From Eledone cirrhosa (Eukaryota), in NCBI GenBank assembly GCA_964016885.1, contig OZ024747.1, positions 55,986,001-56,050,000 on the forward strand: DNA of 64,000 nt, read 5' to 3'. The notes beneath the pieces are model-generated. The model was given only the letters and a program-made list of their open reading frames with translations, had not been told where the DNA came from and did no database searches. Positions 1 through 15,617 of this stretch are shown here, in pieces; the first letter of the stretch is position 1; each line of letters begins with the position of its first letter. The translations under genes and the position numbers were made by a program.

Positions 1-701
1 GATGTTGATGTTGTTGTTGTGGTTGTTGTTGATGTGGTGGTTGTTGTTGAGGTTGTTGTTGTTGTTTTGGTGTTGTTGTTGTTGTTTTGTTGTTGTTTTT
101 GTTGTTGAGGTTGTTGTTGAGGTTGTTGATGTTGTGGTGGTCGTTGTTGTTGTTGATGTTGATGTTGTTGATGTTGTTGTGGTTGTTGTTGATGTGGTGG
201 TTGTTGTTGAGGTTTTTGTTGTTGTTGTTTTTGGTGTTGTTGTTGTTTTTGTTGTTGAGATTGTTGTTGTTGATGTTGTGGTGGTTGTTGTGGTTGTGGT
301 TGTTGGTGTTGTTGTTGAGGTTGTTGTTGTTATTGTTGTTGATGTTGTTATGGTTGTTGTTGATGTTGTTGAGATTGTTGTTGTTGATGTTGTGGTGGTT
401 GTTGTTATTGTTGTTGTTATTGTTGTTGTTGTGGTTGTTGTTGTTGTTGTTGAGGTTGTTGTTGTTGATATTGTGGTTGTTATTGTTGTTGTTGATGTTG
501 TTTTGGTTGTTGTTGATGTTGTTGAGGTTGTTGTTGTTGATAGTGTGGTGGTTGTTCATGTTGTTGTTGATGTTGTTTTGGTTGTTGTTGAGGTTGTTGT
601 TGTTGTTGATGTTGTGGTTGTTGTTGTGGTTGTTGTTGTTGTTGATGTTAGTGTTGTTATTGTTGTCGTGGTGGTTTATGTTGTTTGTTGTATTGTTTGT
701 T
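1..701. repeat. Degenerate (GTT)n trinucleotide tract
   Basis: Continuous gtt/gat/gag/gtg triplets; explains the poly-V and poly-L ORFs. Confidence 0.95.
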
Positions 702-816
702 AGCCATATTCCTCACATGACACATGATAATCAAGATTTAAACTCTAAGCTATTTTTGATGAAATATGCCAATTTATTTCTGAGACGTTATCCATTCCTA
801 TCAGATTCATAAATAA

Positions 817-2617
817 ATACACATACATACACACATACATAAATATACTGATACATACATAAATAGATGCATACATATACATACATACATATACATATAT
901 ACATACATATACACACATACATACATAAATATATGGATACATACATAAATAGATGCATACATATACATACATATATACATACATATGCACACATGTATAC
1001 ATACATATACATACATATATACATTTATACATACATACATACACATACATACATACATATACATATATACATACATACACACACATGTATACATACATAT
1101 ACATACATATATACATTTAAACATACATACACACACATACATACATAAATATACTGATACATACATAAATAGATGCATACATATACATACATACATATAT
1201 ACATACATATACACACATGTATACATACATATACATACATATATACATTGATGCATACATATATACATTTATACATACATACACATACATATGCATACAT
1301 ATATATATATTTACATACATACATATACACACATGTATACATATATATACATACATATATACATTTATACATACATACATACACATACATACATATACAT
1401 ACATACATATACATATATACATACATATACACACATGTATACATAAATATACATACATATATACATATATATACACACATGTATACATACATATACATAC
1501 ATATATACATTTATACATTTATACATACACATACGTACATAAATATACTGATACATACATAAATAGATGCATACATATACATACATACATATACATATAT
1601 ACATACATATACACACATGTATACATACATATACATACATATATACATTTATGCATACATATATACATTTATACATACATACATACACATACATATGCAT
1701 ACATATATATATATTTACATACATACATATACACACATGTATACATATATATACATACATATATACATTTATACATACATACATACACATACATACATAT
1801 ACATACATACATATACATATATACATACATATACACACATGTATACATAAATATACATACATATATACATATATATACACACATGTATACATACATATAC
1901 ATACATATATACATTTATACATACATACATACACATACATACATAAATATACTGATACATACATAAATAGATGCATACATATACATACATACATATACAT
2001 ATATACATACATATACACACATGTATACATACATATACATACATATATACATTTATGCATACATATATACATTTATACATACATACATACACATACATAT
2101 GCATACATATATATATATTTACATACATACATATACACACTTGTATACATATATATACATACATATATACATTTATACATACATACATACACATACATAC
2201 ATATACATACATACATATACATATATACATACATATACACACATGTATACATAAATATACATACATATATACATATATATACACACATGTATACATACAT
2301 ATACATACATATATACATTTATACATACATACATACACATACATACATAAATATACTGATACATACATATACATACATACATATACATATATACATACAT
2401 ATACACACATGTATACATACATATACATACATATATACATACACATACATATACATACATATATATATATTTACATACATACATATACACACATGTATAC
2501 ATATATATACATACATATATACATTTATACATACATACATACACATACATATATATATTTACATACATACATATACAAATATACATACATACATGCATAC
2601 ATATTTACATACATACA
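817..2617. repeat. Compound (TACA)/(TA) satellite with ~400-bp higher-order period
   Basis: Landmark aaatatactgatacatacat recurs near 1147, 1541, 1946 and 2349; near-identical ORF translations are offset by 404 nt. Confidence 0.9.
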
Positions 2618-3050
2618 GCTAGATACTTGAGGTTTCCTCTGATTGGTCTAGGTAGAAGTCATATCTCCTTATTTTTTTTAGGTGAAGTGAGTTAAATTGT
2701 CATTTTGATAAAAAAATTATTTGTTATTTAAAAGAAATAGAAAAAATATATAGGAATGATTAACTGATTCCAGTTCATAAACTTGATATGGATTTGGAAT
2801 TCAAAGCATGTGACTTTGGTTAACTTTAATCAGATTCAATCAATATTTATATTCTGTTGATCCGTGATATAAGCAGCCATCACTTAAAGGAAATGTACAG
2901 CTCAAGGACCCATCTGGATCTTGATGTAATTATGCCAAGAAGAATTCTTACATGACAAACACATGAGGAGGGATTGGGAGATGTGATGGATCAGTTGTTT
3001 GTCCTTGTTATAACTGGTATGTTGGAAGAGTTATTAGAGCACTGTATTAA

Positions 3051-3258
3051 CCCTTTAGCATTTAAACCAACTATATCCGGCCAGAATTCTCTCGCCTCTT
3101 TTTGTTCAAACCGGCTGTAACTGGCCACTCATACTTATGTTAACGTGTTGTTCTCAAAATAAATAACATCAAAATCTCGTAGATTGAATGTTATGTGAGA
3201 TAAAGCATTTACCGTGAAAATACAATAATATATATAGAGTAATGAAAATACTAAAGGG
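3051..3258. mobile_element. piggyBac-like (TTAA) MITE, family 1
   Basis: TTAA on both sides; termini CCCTTTAG...CTAAAGGG; homologous copies at 57902 and 62060. Confidence 0.8.
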
Positions 3259-3262
3259 TTAA

Positions 3263-3527
3263 CCCTTCCAATACCATATCTCTAATGAGAGAGATACTGA
3301 TTTTGATTTTCAAATAGATCTTTTTTTTTTGATAATCAAGTACTTTGAGGAGTTTGGTAGTATAATCAACTTTCTCTTCATTCAGCTGGTGTTTGAAATG
3401 TAACTTAACAAAGGGTGTTACATAAAATTCTGATGGAAAATATTTAGATAAATGCAACCTTTTTGAAATAGATAATTTGCATCATAGAATGTGGAAAATT
3501 TTCAGGAGATTTGGTATCAAAATGGGA
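3263..3527. mobile_element. TTAA-type MITE, family 2 (degenerate)
   Basis: Starts ttaaCCCTTCC; similar ends at 60217, 34248-34481 and 27288. Confidence 0.5.
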
Positions 3528-3688
3528 AGATAAATTCTGGTATTTGTTCCAAGTCTTTTTTTATTATCTATAATTACAAAGGAAAAATACTAATGTTGCT
3601 CACTTTTGTTCTGATATAAGTATATATAAAAGGATATATATACACACACATAAATAAATACATGCACACTCACACACACACACATTGC

Positions 3689-3769
3689 TATTTCAAGCGT
3701 TAAACTAATATATTCCTTCCATATACGTACAGTATATGGAAGGAATATATTAGTTTAATGCTTGAAATA
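3689..3769. repeat. Inverted repeat, 38-bp arms, 5-nt loop
   Basis: tatttcaagcg...ccatatac gtaca gtatatgg...gcttgaaata, one G-T mismatch. Confidence 0.9.
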
Positions 3770-3821
3770 TATTAGTTTAACGATTGTGTTATTATTTCTG
3801 TTTACCTTTTACATACATACA

Positions 3822-3872
<51 letters not shown>

Positions 3873-3898
3873 GCATATACACATATTTATATATATAC

Positions 3899-3985
<87 letters not shown>

Positions 3986-4847
3986 TATATATAAACATAC
4001 ATAAACACACATATATGTATGTGTGTGGGTATGCATGTGTGCGTGAGTGTATATGTAAGGCATGGAACTTGAACATACATTAATATTTATATTTGTTTCT
4101 GTAAATATATATAGATATTAGTACATTTGCACACATTCATATTCTAATGGCCCATACATATATCTCTATATACATCTCTCTTGATATATATTCACTATAT
4201 ACAGACACATAACCATACATATGTGCATGTATGCACATGTAAAGAGTTTAGTGTTGTGTCTCTTGTTATTTTCCTTCTTCATATTCTTCAATATTACATT
4301 TTCCCAACGCCCTCAATTAGGACCAAAGAAATTAAGTTAACCCAATGCATTCGTCAGCATTAAGTTATTCATGTTGTCAAGGAAAAGTTGCTGTGTCACA
4401 CCAGTACAAAGAAATACATGGTTATGTCTTTGTTGTTGGAAGTCTTGGAGAAAACTCTTGGGAATGGGTAAATATATAGTCTTGTTGCTGAAAATGACTG
4501 TAGAAACTTGTCAGAGATGGGTCACAGTACTGAGATGTTGGCAATGGTGATGATTGGTTTAAAAATTGTGAAAGAAAGTGGGTGATGGCAGTGGTGGTGG
4601 TAGGAGATTAAGAAAGATAATATTAAAAGAATAGTGAGAAAACATACATATATATAAAGATAGAAAAGAAGAAATGTTTAAAAGAGTGAGTAATTGATGT
4701 AATAAAGGAAGGAAGAATGCAGGAATGGAAGAATGGAAGATTGAGGAATTCAATAGTGATAAGATTTGTGTAGATTTTTTTGGAAAAGGTGATGGTTTCT
4801 TCCTTGAGGAAACAAGCACCAAACATTTTCTTTCTCTGTTCAACTTA

Positions 4848-4935
<88 letters not shown>

Positions 4936-5269
4936 TGCGTGTGCATGTGAGTGTCTTTATATTTGATATTCCTGTGCATGTGTATATGTGTTCATTGTAT
5001 GTTTGAAGTATGGTTCATGCTTATCTATATATATACATTATATTATATACTTATATTGTATCATGGCATATCAAAGTATCATCATCATCACCATTATCAT
5101 TGTGATGATAATCACCCACTAGCCTCTCCTCATTGACAACATCATCATCATCACCCTCATCATCATCATCATCATCATCATGTATATTAAGACATGTAAT
5201 TTACAGCCAGATGCCCTTCTTCACAACAACTGTTAACTTATTTTAAGTATAATATATACTACTAATTTT

Positions 5270-5485
5270 GGTTTCTTATATAGGCACAAGGCCAGCAATT
5301 TGGGAGGAGGGGCAGTCGATAAAATCGACCCCAGTACGTGACTGGTACTTTACTTTATCGACGCCGTAAGGATGAAAGGCAAAGTTAACCTCGGCAGGAT
5401 TTGAACTCAGAATGGCAAGGACCGTAACTCTATGCGTCAAAGCATGGCATTCAACCCTCTACCGATACTGCCTATCCACCGCCCT
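5270..5485 (-). mobile_element. SINE family B (tRNA-like head, Meta-domain-like body)
   Basis: Reverse complement has the B-box-like gagttcaaatcc and gcctttcatcct..gtcgataaa..gtaccagt; many copies in the window. Confidence 0.85.
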
Positions 5486-5631
5486 CATATATTCTACTAA
5501 TATTGTTTATTGGAATGATATGCTGCAGGACATATTGTTTATGGAAGCCAATAAACAAATAACACCATTGTTTTATTCTATAAGCAGTTCCAATATCACA
5601 TTTTTGCAATGTTGAGTAAACACACATAGGA

Positions 5632-5665
<34 letters not shown>

Positions 5666-5671
5666 GTATAT

Positions 5672-6074
5672 AGGCACATGGCTTAGTGTTAGGGGATTGG
5701 GCTTGTAATCAAAGGTTGTGAGTTTAATTCTCGGACCGGGTGATGTGTTGTTTCCTTGAGCAAGTCACTTTATTTCACATTTCTCCAGTTTACTCAGCTG
5801 TAGAAATGAGATGATAGGGACTGGGGTCCCTATCATTTCAGTGTAAAATGGTCGTGGAGGTGCCACGGCAAAAAAGCCCCCAGCACTCAGTGTAAATGAG
5901 GTTGGTGTTAGGAAGGGCATCCAGCTGTAGAAATCAAGCCAGAAAGAGTTCCTGTATGAGCAAGACAAGGTCAGCCGACCGGATACTGCCCACAACAGAA
6001 CAACCCGTCTAACCCATACTAGCTAGGAAGAACGGACGTAAAACGGTGATGATGATGATGATGGTGATGATGAT
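5672..6074 (+). mobile_element. SINE family A variant (tRNA head, CORE-like motif, RTE-type tail)
   Basis: A box tggcttagtg, ccttgagcaagtcactt motif, tail cggacgtaaaa then (tga)n. Confidence 0.85.
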
Positions 6075-6218
6075 ATGCATATGTGTGGCTGTGTTCTTGT
6101 GTGTGTGTGTGTTCCTATGTGTATCTGCGATATTGTGGCTGCAACTTCGATTTATACCCCTTATTATATATATATATAATAAGGAGTATAATATATATAT
6201 ATATATATAATAAGGAGG

Positions 6219-6263
<45 letters not shown>

Positions 6264-6266
<3 letters not shown>

Positions 6267-6591
6267 AAAGTTGTATTTAATTTGTTGGAATTCCGAAAAA
6301 CATAAATGTTTATAACTGATTTAGAGCACTCAACTGGATTTACTGGAGTAAATATTCAATGATATTAAATAAATGGAAACTATGTTTATAAAACGATATT
6401 TATTTTATTATATATATTTCAAGGGCAACCAAGCCAACCTTGGTGCGCTTTCATCAGATAAAATACAAAGTTTGTTTTATAAATAAAGACGTACCCATGA
6501 AAATCATACCTTATCGGTCGGAAATTCACTGGATAGTCCAGTGAATTTAAATATGGTTTTATAAATATAGTTTCTATTTATTTAATATCAT

Positions 6592-6592
<1 letters not shown>
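6264..6592 (-). mobile_element. Short (TA)n-flanked hammerhead-bearing element (Penelope pLTR-like), group I
   Basis: Homologous to 8157-8523 and 41388-41572; partial inverted arm 6549-6591 pairs with 6359-6400. Confidence 0.65.
6401..6465 (-). ncRNA. Minimal type I hammerhead ribozyme
   Basis: Minus strand: UAUUUUAU CUGAUGA [AAG C GC ACCAAG loop CUUGGU U GC C CUU] GAA AUAUAUAU A | AUAAAAUA. Perfect 8-bp stem I, intact core, palindromic stem III, AUA site. Confidence 0.8.
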
Positions 6593-6626
<34 letters not shown>

Positions 6627-6766
6627 TACCATCTACAAACTGACCAATGAGAATCAAGACTATTCCTGCTGACAACATTAAATTATTCCTAACAAGCTCG
6701 TATGTCCCAAGGCTCTGATACCATCAACACTATAAACACAGAGCTGGCATAACTAAGAACTGACTA

Positions 6767-6823
6767 ACTGCCTGATGAGGTCATAGCCATTCAATGGTTA
6801 TCATCGAAATATATATATGCAGT
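6767..6823 (+). ncRNA. Hammerhead-like motif
   Basis: ACUGC CUGAUGA [GGU C AUAGCCAU uca AUGGUUAU C AUC] GAA AUAUAUAU A u GCAGU; one extra nucleotide before stem I. Confidence 0.65.
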
Positions 6824-6864
6824 AAATAAAGGATTATGAGTTCATGCAATTGACTTATGTTTCG

Positions 6865-6909
<45 letters not shown>

Positions 6910-7250
6910 GTGTATATATATATGTATACCCATGTTCTGTTTAACCCATGCTGGTGTGGAAAAAACGATGAGTGATCATGATTATCATAGTAGATTTATC
7001 CTTTTATTTGAGTTCTGTGAACCGTACTATTTTTAGTCAATATTTTCTTCACCTGGTGGTTTCTGTTCCTTATGATTTGAATGCATATAGTTATATATCT
7101 GTGTTCATCTCTGTTTACTGTCTTGTATATATATATATGCATATGGGTGTTTGTTTATGTATGCACATGTGTTTGTGTATAACCCACGCTAGTGTAGTAG
7201 ATGGGCGTTAAACGATGATGATGATGATGATGATATATATATATATATAT

Positions 7251-7897
7251 ATAAGAGGGATCAGATGTTGTTTACTCGAGAGAAGGCTACGTTGGTATGG
7301 ACACGTGATGCGCATGAAAGTTGATAGCTGTATAACAAAGTGCAGGGCAATAAAGATAGACGGTAGCCACGGAATAGGCAGACCTAGAAAAACCTGGGAC
7401 GAGCTGATAAACTCCGACCTCACACACTTACACTTCTCCAAGACAATGTCACTGGACCGAGACCTTTGGCGGTACTCAGTAATAGAGAAGACCCGCCTTA
7501 CCTAAATACATAGTAAAACCTACTACAGTCAGTAGGCATCTCTAACAAATACACCGCCGTCCCACCACCCCCACCCCATCCACACCGCCCCCTTCTATGT
7601 AAAGTTATGTTGGTGCCACACCATCCAGGCCAAAACAAATGAGATCGTGTAGGTGTCACGACAAAAAAACACACAGTCCACGCTGTAATGTGGCCGTGTA
7701 GGCAACACGGTAAAAACCTCCCAGACCCACACTGTAAATGTGGTTGGTGTTAGGAAGGGCATCCAACTGTAGAAAACCTGCCAGACAGTCCTATGCGAGC
7801 AAGACAATCACTCTTGCCTCAAGTGGGACTACCCCCGTCCAAACCCATGCAAGCGTGGAACACGGACGTTAAACATTGATGATGATGATGATGATGA
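7251..7897 (+). mobile_element. RTE-clade LINE 3' fragment with long 3' UTR (family C)
   Basis: Encodes RRLRWYGHVMRM...GRPRKTW, typical of the RTE C-terminus; stop at 7503-7505; (tga)n tail. Confidence 0.85.
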
Positions 7898-8111
7898 TAT
7901 ATATATATATATATATGTAGATAAATTATTTCTGAAGACAGCATATATATGTGTAGGTATGTATATTCCCTCTGATAGTTTGTAAAATGTTTACATAGAT
8001 CTATATGATATACATACCAACACACACATATATATCCTAGAAACGATCGTAAAATGATGAATTTTTTAACATAAGGAACAGTTTCTTTGTTTTTATTCAT
8101 TGTTTTTATTA

Positions 8112-8156
<45 letters not shown>

Positions 8157-8157
<1 letters not shown>

Positions 8158-8517
8158 GGAAAGTTATATTTAAAATTGTTGGGTTACAACTAGTAAATAT
8201 TTATAACTGATATAAAAGCACTCGACAAATATTTGGAGTATATTTACAATATTAAATAAATGGAAACTATATTTATAAAACCATATTTATTTCATTATAT
8301 ATATTTCGTTATATATTTCATTATATATATTTCTGCCAGCGTAAACCTCTTCAAATGGAAGTCGGTGTTATAACGGTATGTCGAATCTATTTATCTATAA
8401 AACTGTTTATATTGTATTTTGTCTGAGGAAGGCATAGCATATTGTTAATATGATATCCCCGAAATATATATAATGAAATAAATATGGTTTTATAAATATA
8501 GTTTCCATTTATTTAAT

Positions 8518-8523
<6 letters not shown>
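8157..8523. mobile_element. (TA)n-flanked group I element with perfect 64-bp inverted repeat
   Basis: 8245-8308 is the exact reverse complement of 8460-8523; hammerhead core inside. Confidence 0.7.
8415..8480 (+). ncRNA. Minimal type I hammerhead ribozyme, group I
   Basis: UAUUUUGU CUGAGGA [stem II with CAUAUU/AAUAUG] GAA AUAUAUAU A | AUGAAAUA; stem I has two wobbles; the basal stem II pair is A-C. Confidence 0.65.
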
Positions 8524-8557
<34 letters not shown>

Positions 8558-8788
8558 CTTCTATTTTGTATTTGTTTTGCCAGATTTCTTTTCTGAAAAC
8601 TTTGGGAAGGTCATGCTGCCAAATAAAAACATACACACCTGTTGGTTTACAGTTCAATTCATTATAAACTCCAAGCTGGCTTTGCTAATGGTTGTTAATT
8701 TGTTCATATATTCTGTTAAGGCAGTAAGCTTTGATAAGTGCAATTTTCAACTTTTCATATATATATATAGAGAGAGAGTAAAGCCATT

Positions 8789-8819
<31 letters not shown>

Positions 8820-8887
8820 GTATCTATGCATAGATATGGTGACCAATGGCAACTTCTTACTGCATCTTCCTGCATGAAAACAACATT

Positions 8888-8954
8888 AATATATATACAT
8901 ACGCATATATATATATATATACACATATAAATATATATATATATATATATACAC

Positions 8955-8997
<43 letters not shown>

Positions 8998-9002
8998 AAT
9001 AA

Positions 9003-9040
<38 letters not shown>

Positions 9041-9046
9041 TTAAAT

Positions 9047-9108
<62 letters not shown>

Positions 9109-9109
9109 T

Positions 9110-9171
<62 letters not shown>

Positions 9172-9196
9172 AATATATATATATATACACATATAA

Positions 9197-9231
<35 letters not shown>
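8888..9231. repeat. (TA)n/(CA)n compound microsatellite
   Basis: Direct reading. Confidence 0.95.
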
Positions 9232-9232
<1 letters not shown>

Positions 9233-10324
9233 TTCATTGATTCAATGATACACCATTTCCTGTTTTCTTCATTCATTTTATTTGTTTGTTTATTTGTTCT
9301 TTTGTTATCTTATTTGATTGCACGACCCCCACCTACCTCCATCTCTGTTTTCATCTTTTTTTTTCTTCCAAACATACTTGCACATTGGTTTCTGGCAATT
9401 GACTTAATTAAATCTTTCAAATGAAACTTAAAAGATTTGTTACTTTTGCATTTTACAAAAGAAAACGGATATTTACACTTTTGGTAGAAATATTTACATA
9501 AGATGTATTGGATTATCAATAGAATAGACGGCAATACCATCTTTGATTAACACAAATATTGACAATGTCTTTTGCTTCTTTTTAATTGAAACAGAATAAT
9601 CAATCAATCAGTTTAGATTTTTATTTATTCTTCAATTGAAAAAGGGAGTGGGGAGGGGTAGTGATGAAGATGAAGAAAATTTATTATATTTTTTCTTTCG
9701 AGAGAAAATTTTGTTCAAAGGAAATTTAATAAGAATTTTAACCAATTTTGTTAACAAACAAACAACAAATTGTAATATTGTGATATTATAAAAACATAAA
9801 ATGTTATAATATATAAACACAAAAATGTAAAAATATATCAATTTGATAATACAAATATATAATAAAAGGACGAATAAAAATATAAAATATATCAAAACAT
9901 ATAATAAATAAAATTAGAAAAATGTATATATAAAAAATTAACAGAATGAAAGAATATAAAAACATAACAAAGAATAATAGAATAATATAAATAATAAAAT
10001 AATAGAAACATATATAAAGAACATATAAAACCTATGAAAATATAAAATATAACACTCAAAATATATTTAAATAGAAAAATAATAAATAGAAATGATAAAA
10101 ACTGAAAGGAAATTTAAAACCATATAAAGTGACATTGTTTAATTGTGGAAAATAAACCTTGATGTTGTGGCATTCATTAACGCTATTGTTAGTGGTTGTT
10201 CTTGTTATTTATCTTTTTCTTTTGTCTTTTTTTTTTATTATGTTTTTAGTAATACGTGAAGGCAATTTATCTAACTGGATAAGGAAGGTGTAGCTATATC
10301 TTCTAATAAATAAAGAGTTCAGAT

Positions 10325-10561
10325 GTGGATGATGATGATGGTGTTAGGGTAGTGGTGGTGGTGGTGCTGCTGCAGCCGATGATGATAATGGTGGTGGTGG
10401 TGGTCGTAGCATTTATGGTGCTGTTGATGATGATGATGATGGTGTTGTTGTTGGTGGTGGTGAGGGTAGTGGTGGTTTTGGTGGTGCTGCTGCTGCTGAT
10501 GATGATGATGATGGTGATAATGGTGTTGACGGTGGTGGTTGTGGTGTTGCTGGTGGTGGTG
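10325..10561. repeat. (GGT)/(GAT)/(GCT) triplet tract
   Basis: Direct reading. Confidence 0.9.
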
Positions 10562-10905
10562 GTTCGTTTGACCAGACACTTGCAAATTGATGATGAATCA
10601 GATGTTCAGAAATTCATTGAATGAAGTTGAATGAAGTTGAAGGAAGTTGAACAATTGTAAATTTTCTAGGAAAGAAGTGAAGCTTGAATTACAAGACAAT
10701 CATTGCTCACCTTCTGATTTCATTTGATGTGCAAGGTGTCAAAATGTCTGTGAAGATTCACTGTTTAAAGAGTCATTTGGATGTCTTTCCTTTGGTCTTG
10801 GGCAAGATCAATGATGAGTAGAGTGAAACATTTAATCAAGTTATCACTACTCTTAAAACAAGGTACCAAGGGTGATCTGATCCCTGAATGATGGCAGACA
10901 TTTGC
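10562..10905 (+). pseudogene. DNA transposase relic, Chapaev3/CMC-like
   Basis: From 10687 it reads NYKTIIAHLLISFDVQGVKMSVKIHCLKSHLDVFPLVLGKINDE*SETFNQVITTLKTRYQG*SDP*MMADIC. This matches the recalled motif MSLKIHFLxSHLDFFPENLGAVSDEHGERFHQDI..RYQG..MADYCW; multiple stops. Confidence 0.7.
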
Positions 10906-11163
10906 AGGCTTCAGTCTTCTTGAACTCAATGGTACTGATCTCATCAGTGAAATTAATGCAGTAACATTTTTGCGTTTAATGTATATTGTTAATTTAACAA
11001 TAATTAATTGTAGTTTAGTACATTAATAAATTACATTCAACGTTTACAGGATAACAAATTTTCCTGTAAATGTAGTTTTTATGGAATATCTTGTAGATTA
11101 AAATGTAGACATGATGGAGCAAACTGGATTCATAAAGATCACCCTAACATTAACCATCACCTA

Positions 11164-11537
<374 letters not shown>

Positions 11538-11540
<3 letters not shown>

Positions 11541-11885
11541 GCACATGGCTTAGTGGTTAGACCATTGGCCTTGCAATCGAAAGGTTGTGAGTTCAATTCT
11601 CAGACCGGGTGATGTGTTGTGTCCTTGAGCAAGACACTTTATTTCACATTGCTCCAGCTTACTCAGCTGTAGAAATGAGATGATAGGGACTGGAGTCCTA
11701 TCATTCCACTGTAAAGTGGTCGTGGAGGTGCCATGGCAAAAAAGCACCCAGCACTCACTGTAAATTAGGTTGGTGTTAGGAAGGGCATCCAGCTGTAGAA
11801 ATCAAGCCAGAATCAGTTCCCATCCCACCCTTGCAAGTAGGGAAAAGCGGACGTAAAAGGAAATTATGATGATGAAATGATGATA
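11538..11885 (+). mobile_element. SINE family A, full length
   Basis: A box tggcttagtggtt, B box gagttcaattct, CORE-like tgtgtccttgagcaagacactt, (tga)n tail. Confidence 0.9.
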
Positions 11886-11951
11886 TATATATATATATAT
11901 ATACATATATCATCATCTTCGTCTTCATTTATATATATATATATATATAGA

Positions 11952-12031
<80 letters not shown>

Positions 12032-12043
12032 TTATCTTCATTC

Positions 12044-12087
<44 letters not shown>

Positions 12088-12466
12088 AAACACAATGCAT
12101 GCATGTATATATATATACATGCATGCATTTAAAATACAGAAACAATTACAATTGCATTTATGTGGAGAACATATTCAATACACATTCCAATGCAGGTGAC
12201 TTTACACATGCTGATTTGTAAATATATGCATACACAATGGTGTTAAAGTATGCATATCTTTACATAGACATTTACACAAACGTATACATACAGACACATA
12301 CAAAAACATAATCAAATACACACAAATGCAGTTTTTCTTTTTCATTTCTTATATTTTTCCCCGACTTCAACTAGATTTACCTCCCTTTGAAGTTGCATAT
12401 AAGACATTGTTAATGTTAAGAAAGTTCCAAACTACAATGAAATTAGAAGTAAGTTTTATATACGTA

Positions 12467-12510
<44 letters not shown>

Positions 12511-12616
12511 TAAATATGCATATATATATATACATGCATACATTGTTAGCTAAAATTACATAAATGAAGAAATAAATAGGTAAATTAATATCTTAATTAA
12601 AATATGCCAAACATAA

Positions 12617-14132
<1,516 letters not shown>

Positions 14133-14358
14133 TGTTGGTGTGTAAAATATATGCATATATTAATGTTTTTTTTTATTTTTTCATAAATTTTATAATATTT
14201 ATTCATTTATATTTTTCATTTTCCAATTCACATTGTTGGTGTTGGTGATTTTTCATAAATGCCAGATCAGTCTATAACTAAATGTACACCTACCTTTTAT
14301 CTCTGCAATCTTTCTAATTAATAACTTTGTTATTTTTGCTGCTGTTGTTGATGGTGTT

Positions 14359-14359
14359 G

Positions 14360-14432
<73 letters not shown>

Positions 14433-15576
14433 CATCATCATCACGACTGTCATCCCTTGTCATTGTCTTCATTCAATTCACTTACATTCGTATTGGTTGT
14501 TCTTGTTGTCATTGACCTCATCATCTTCATCACCATCGTCATTGCCATAACCCTCATCATCCCCATCCCGAACATCATCAACTCCCCTCCCCCATTACCA
14601 CCACTACCACTACACCATCGTCACCTTTATGAGAACCGGTATCTCTGCCACCATGAACATCATCATCATCATCACCACTACCATCATCTTCATCCACAGC
14701 AACCCCACCACCTCCACCATCACCACCAGGACCGAAACCATCTTCATCACTATCTTTCTTCCTCACTCACACCACCTTCATCATCATCACCACCAACTTC
14801 ATCCCACCGCGACCGTCACCTCCATCTCCCCCATCACCACCAACTTCATCCCACCATCACTCCCTTTATCATCATCATCATCATCATCACCACCACCAAC
14901 TTCATCCCACCATCACCCCCTTTATCATCATCATCATCATCATCATCATCACCAACTTCATCCCACCGCCACCATCCCCCTCCATCTCCCCCATCACCAC
15001 CAACTTCATCCCACCATCACCCCCTTTATCATCATCATCATCATCATCACCATCACCACCAACTTCATCCCACCGCCACCATCCCCCTCCATCTCCCCCA
15101 TCACCACCAACTTCATCCCACCATCACCCCCTTTATCATCACCATCATCATGAACTTCATCCCACCGCCACCATCACCTCCATCTCCTCCATCACCACCA
15201 ACTTCATCCCACCGCCACCACACCCTCCATCTCCCCCATCACCACCAACTTCATCCCACCATCACCCCCTTTATCATCATCATCATCATCATCATCATCA
15301 CCACCAAATTCATCCCACCGCCACCATCCCCCTCCATCTCCCCCATCACCACCAACTTCATCCCACCATCACCCCCTTTATCATCATCATCATCATCATC
15401 ACCACCAAATTCTCCCCACCACCACCATCCCCTCCATCTCCCCCATCACCACCAACTTCATCCCACCATCACCCCCTTTATCATCATCATCATCATCACC
15501 ACCAAATTCTCCCCACCACCACCATCCCCTCCATCTCCCCCATCACCACCAACTTCATCCCACCATCACCCCCTTT

Positions 15577-15610
<34 letters not shown>

Positions 15611-15617
15611 ACATCAT
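14359..15617. repeat. (ATT)n tract followed by a CAT/CAC-rich minisatellite (accaccaacttcatcccacc units)
   Basis: Modules caccaacttcatcccacc, ctccatctcccccat and cccctttatcatc are repeated many times. Confidence 0.9.
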
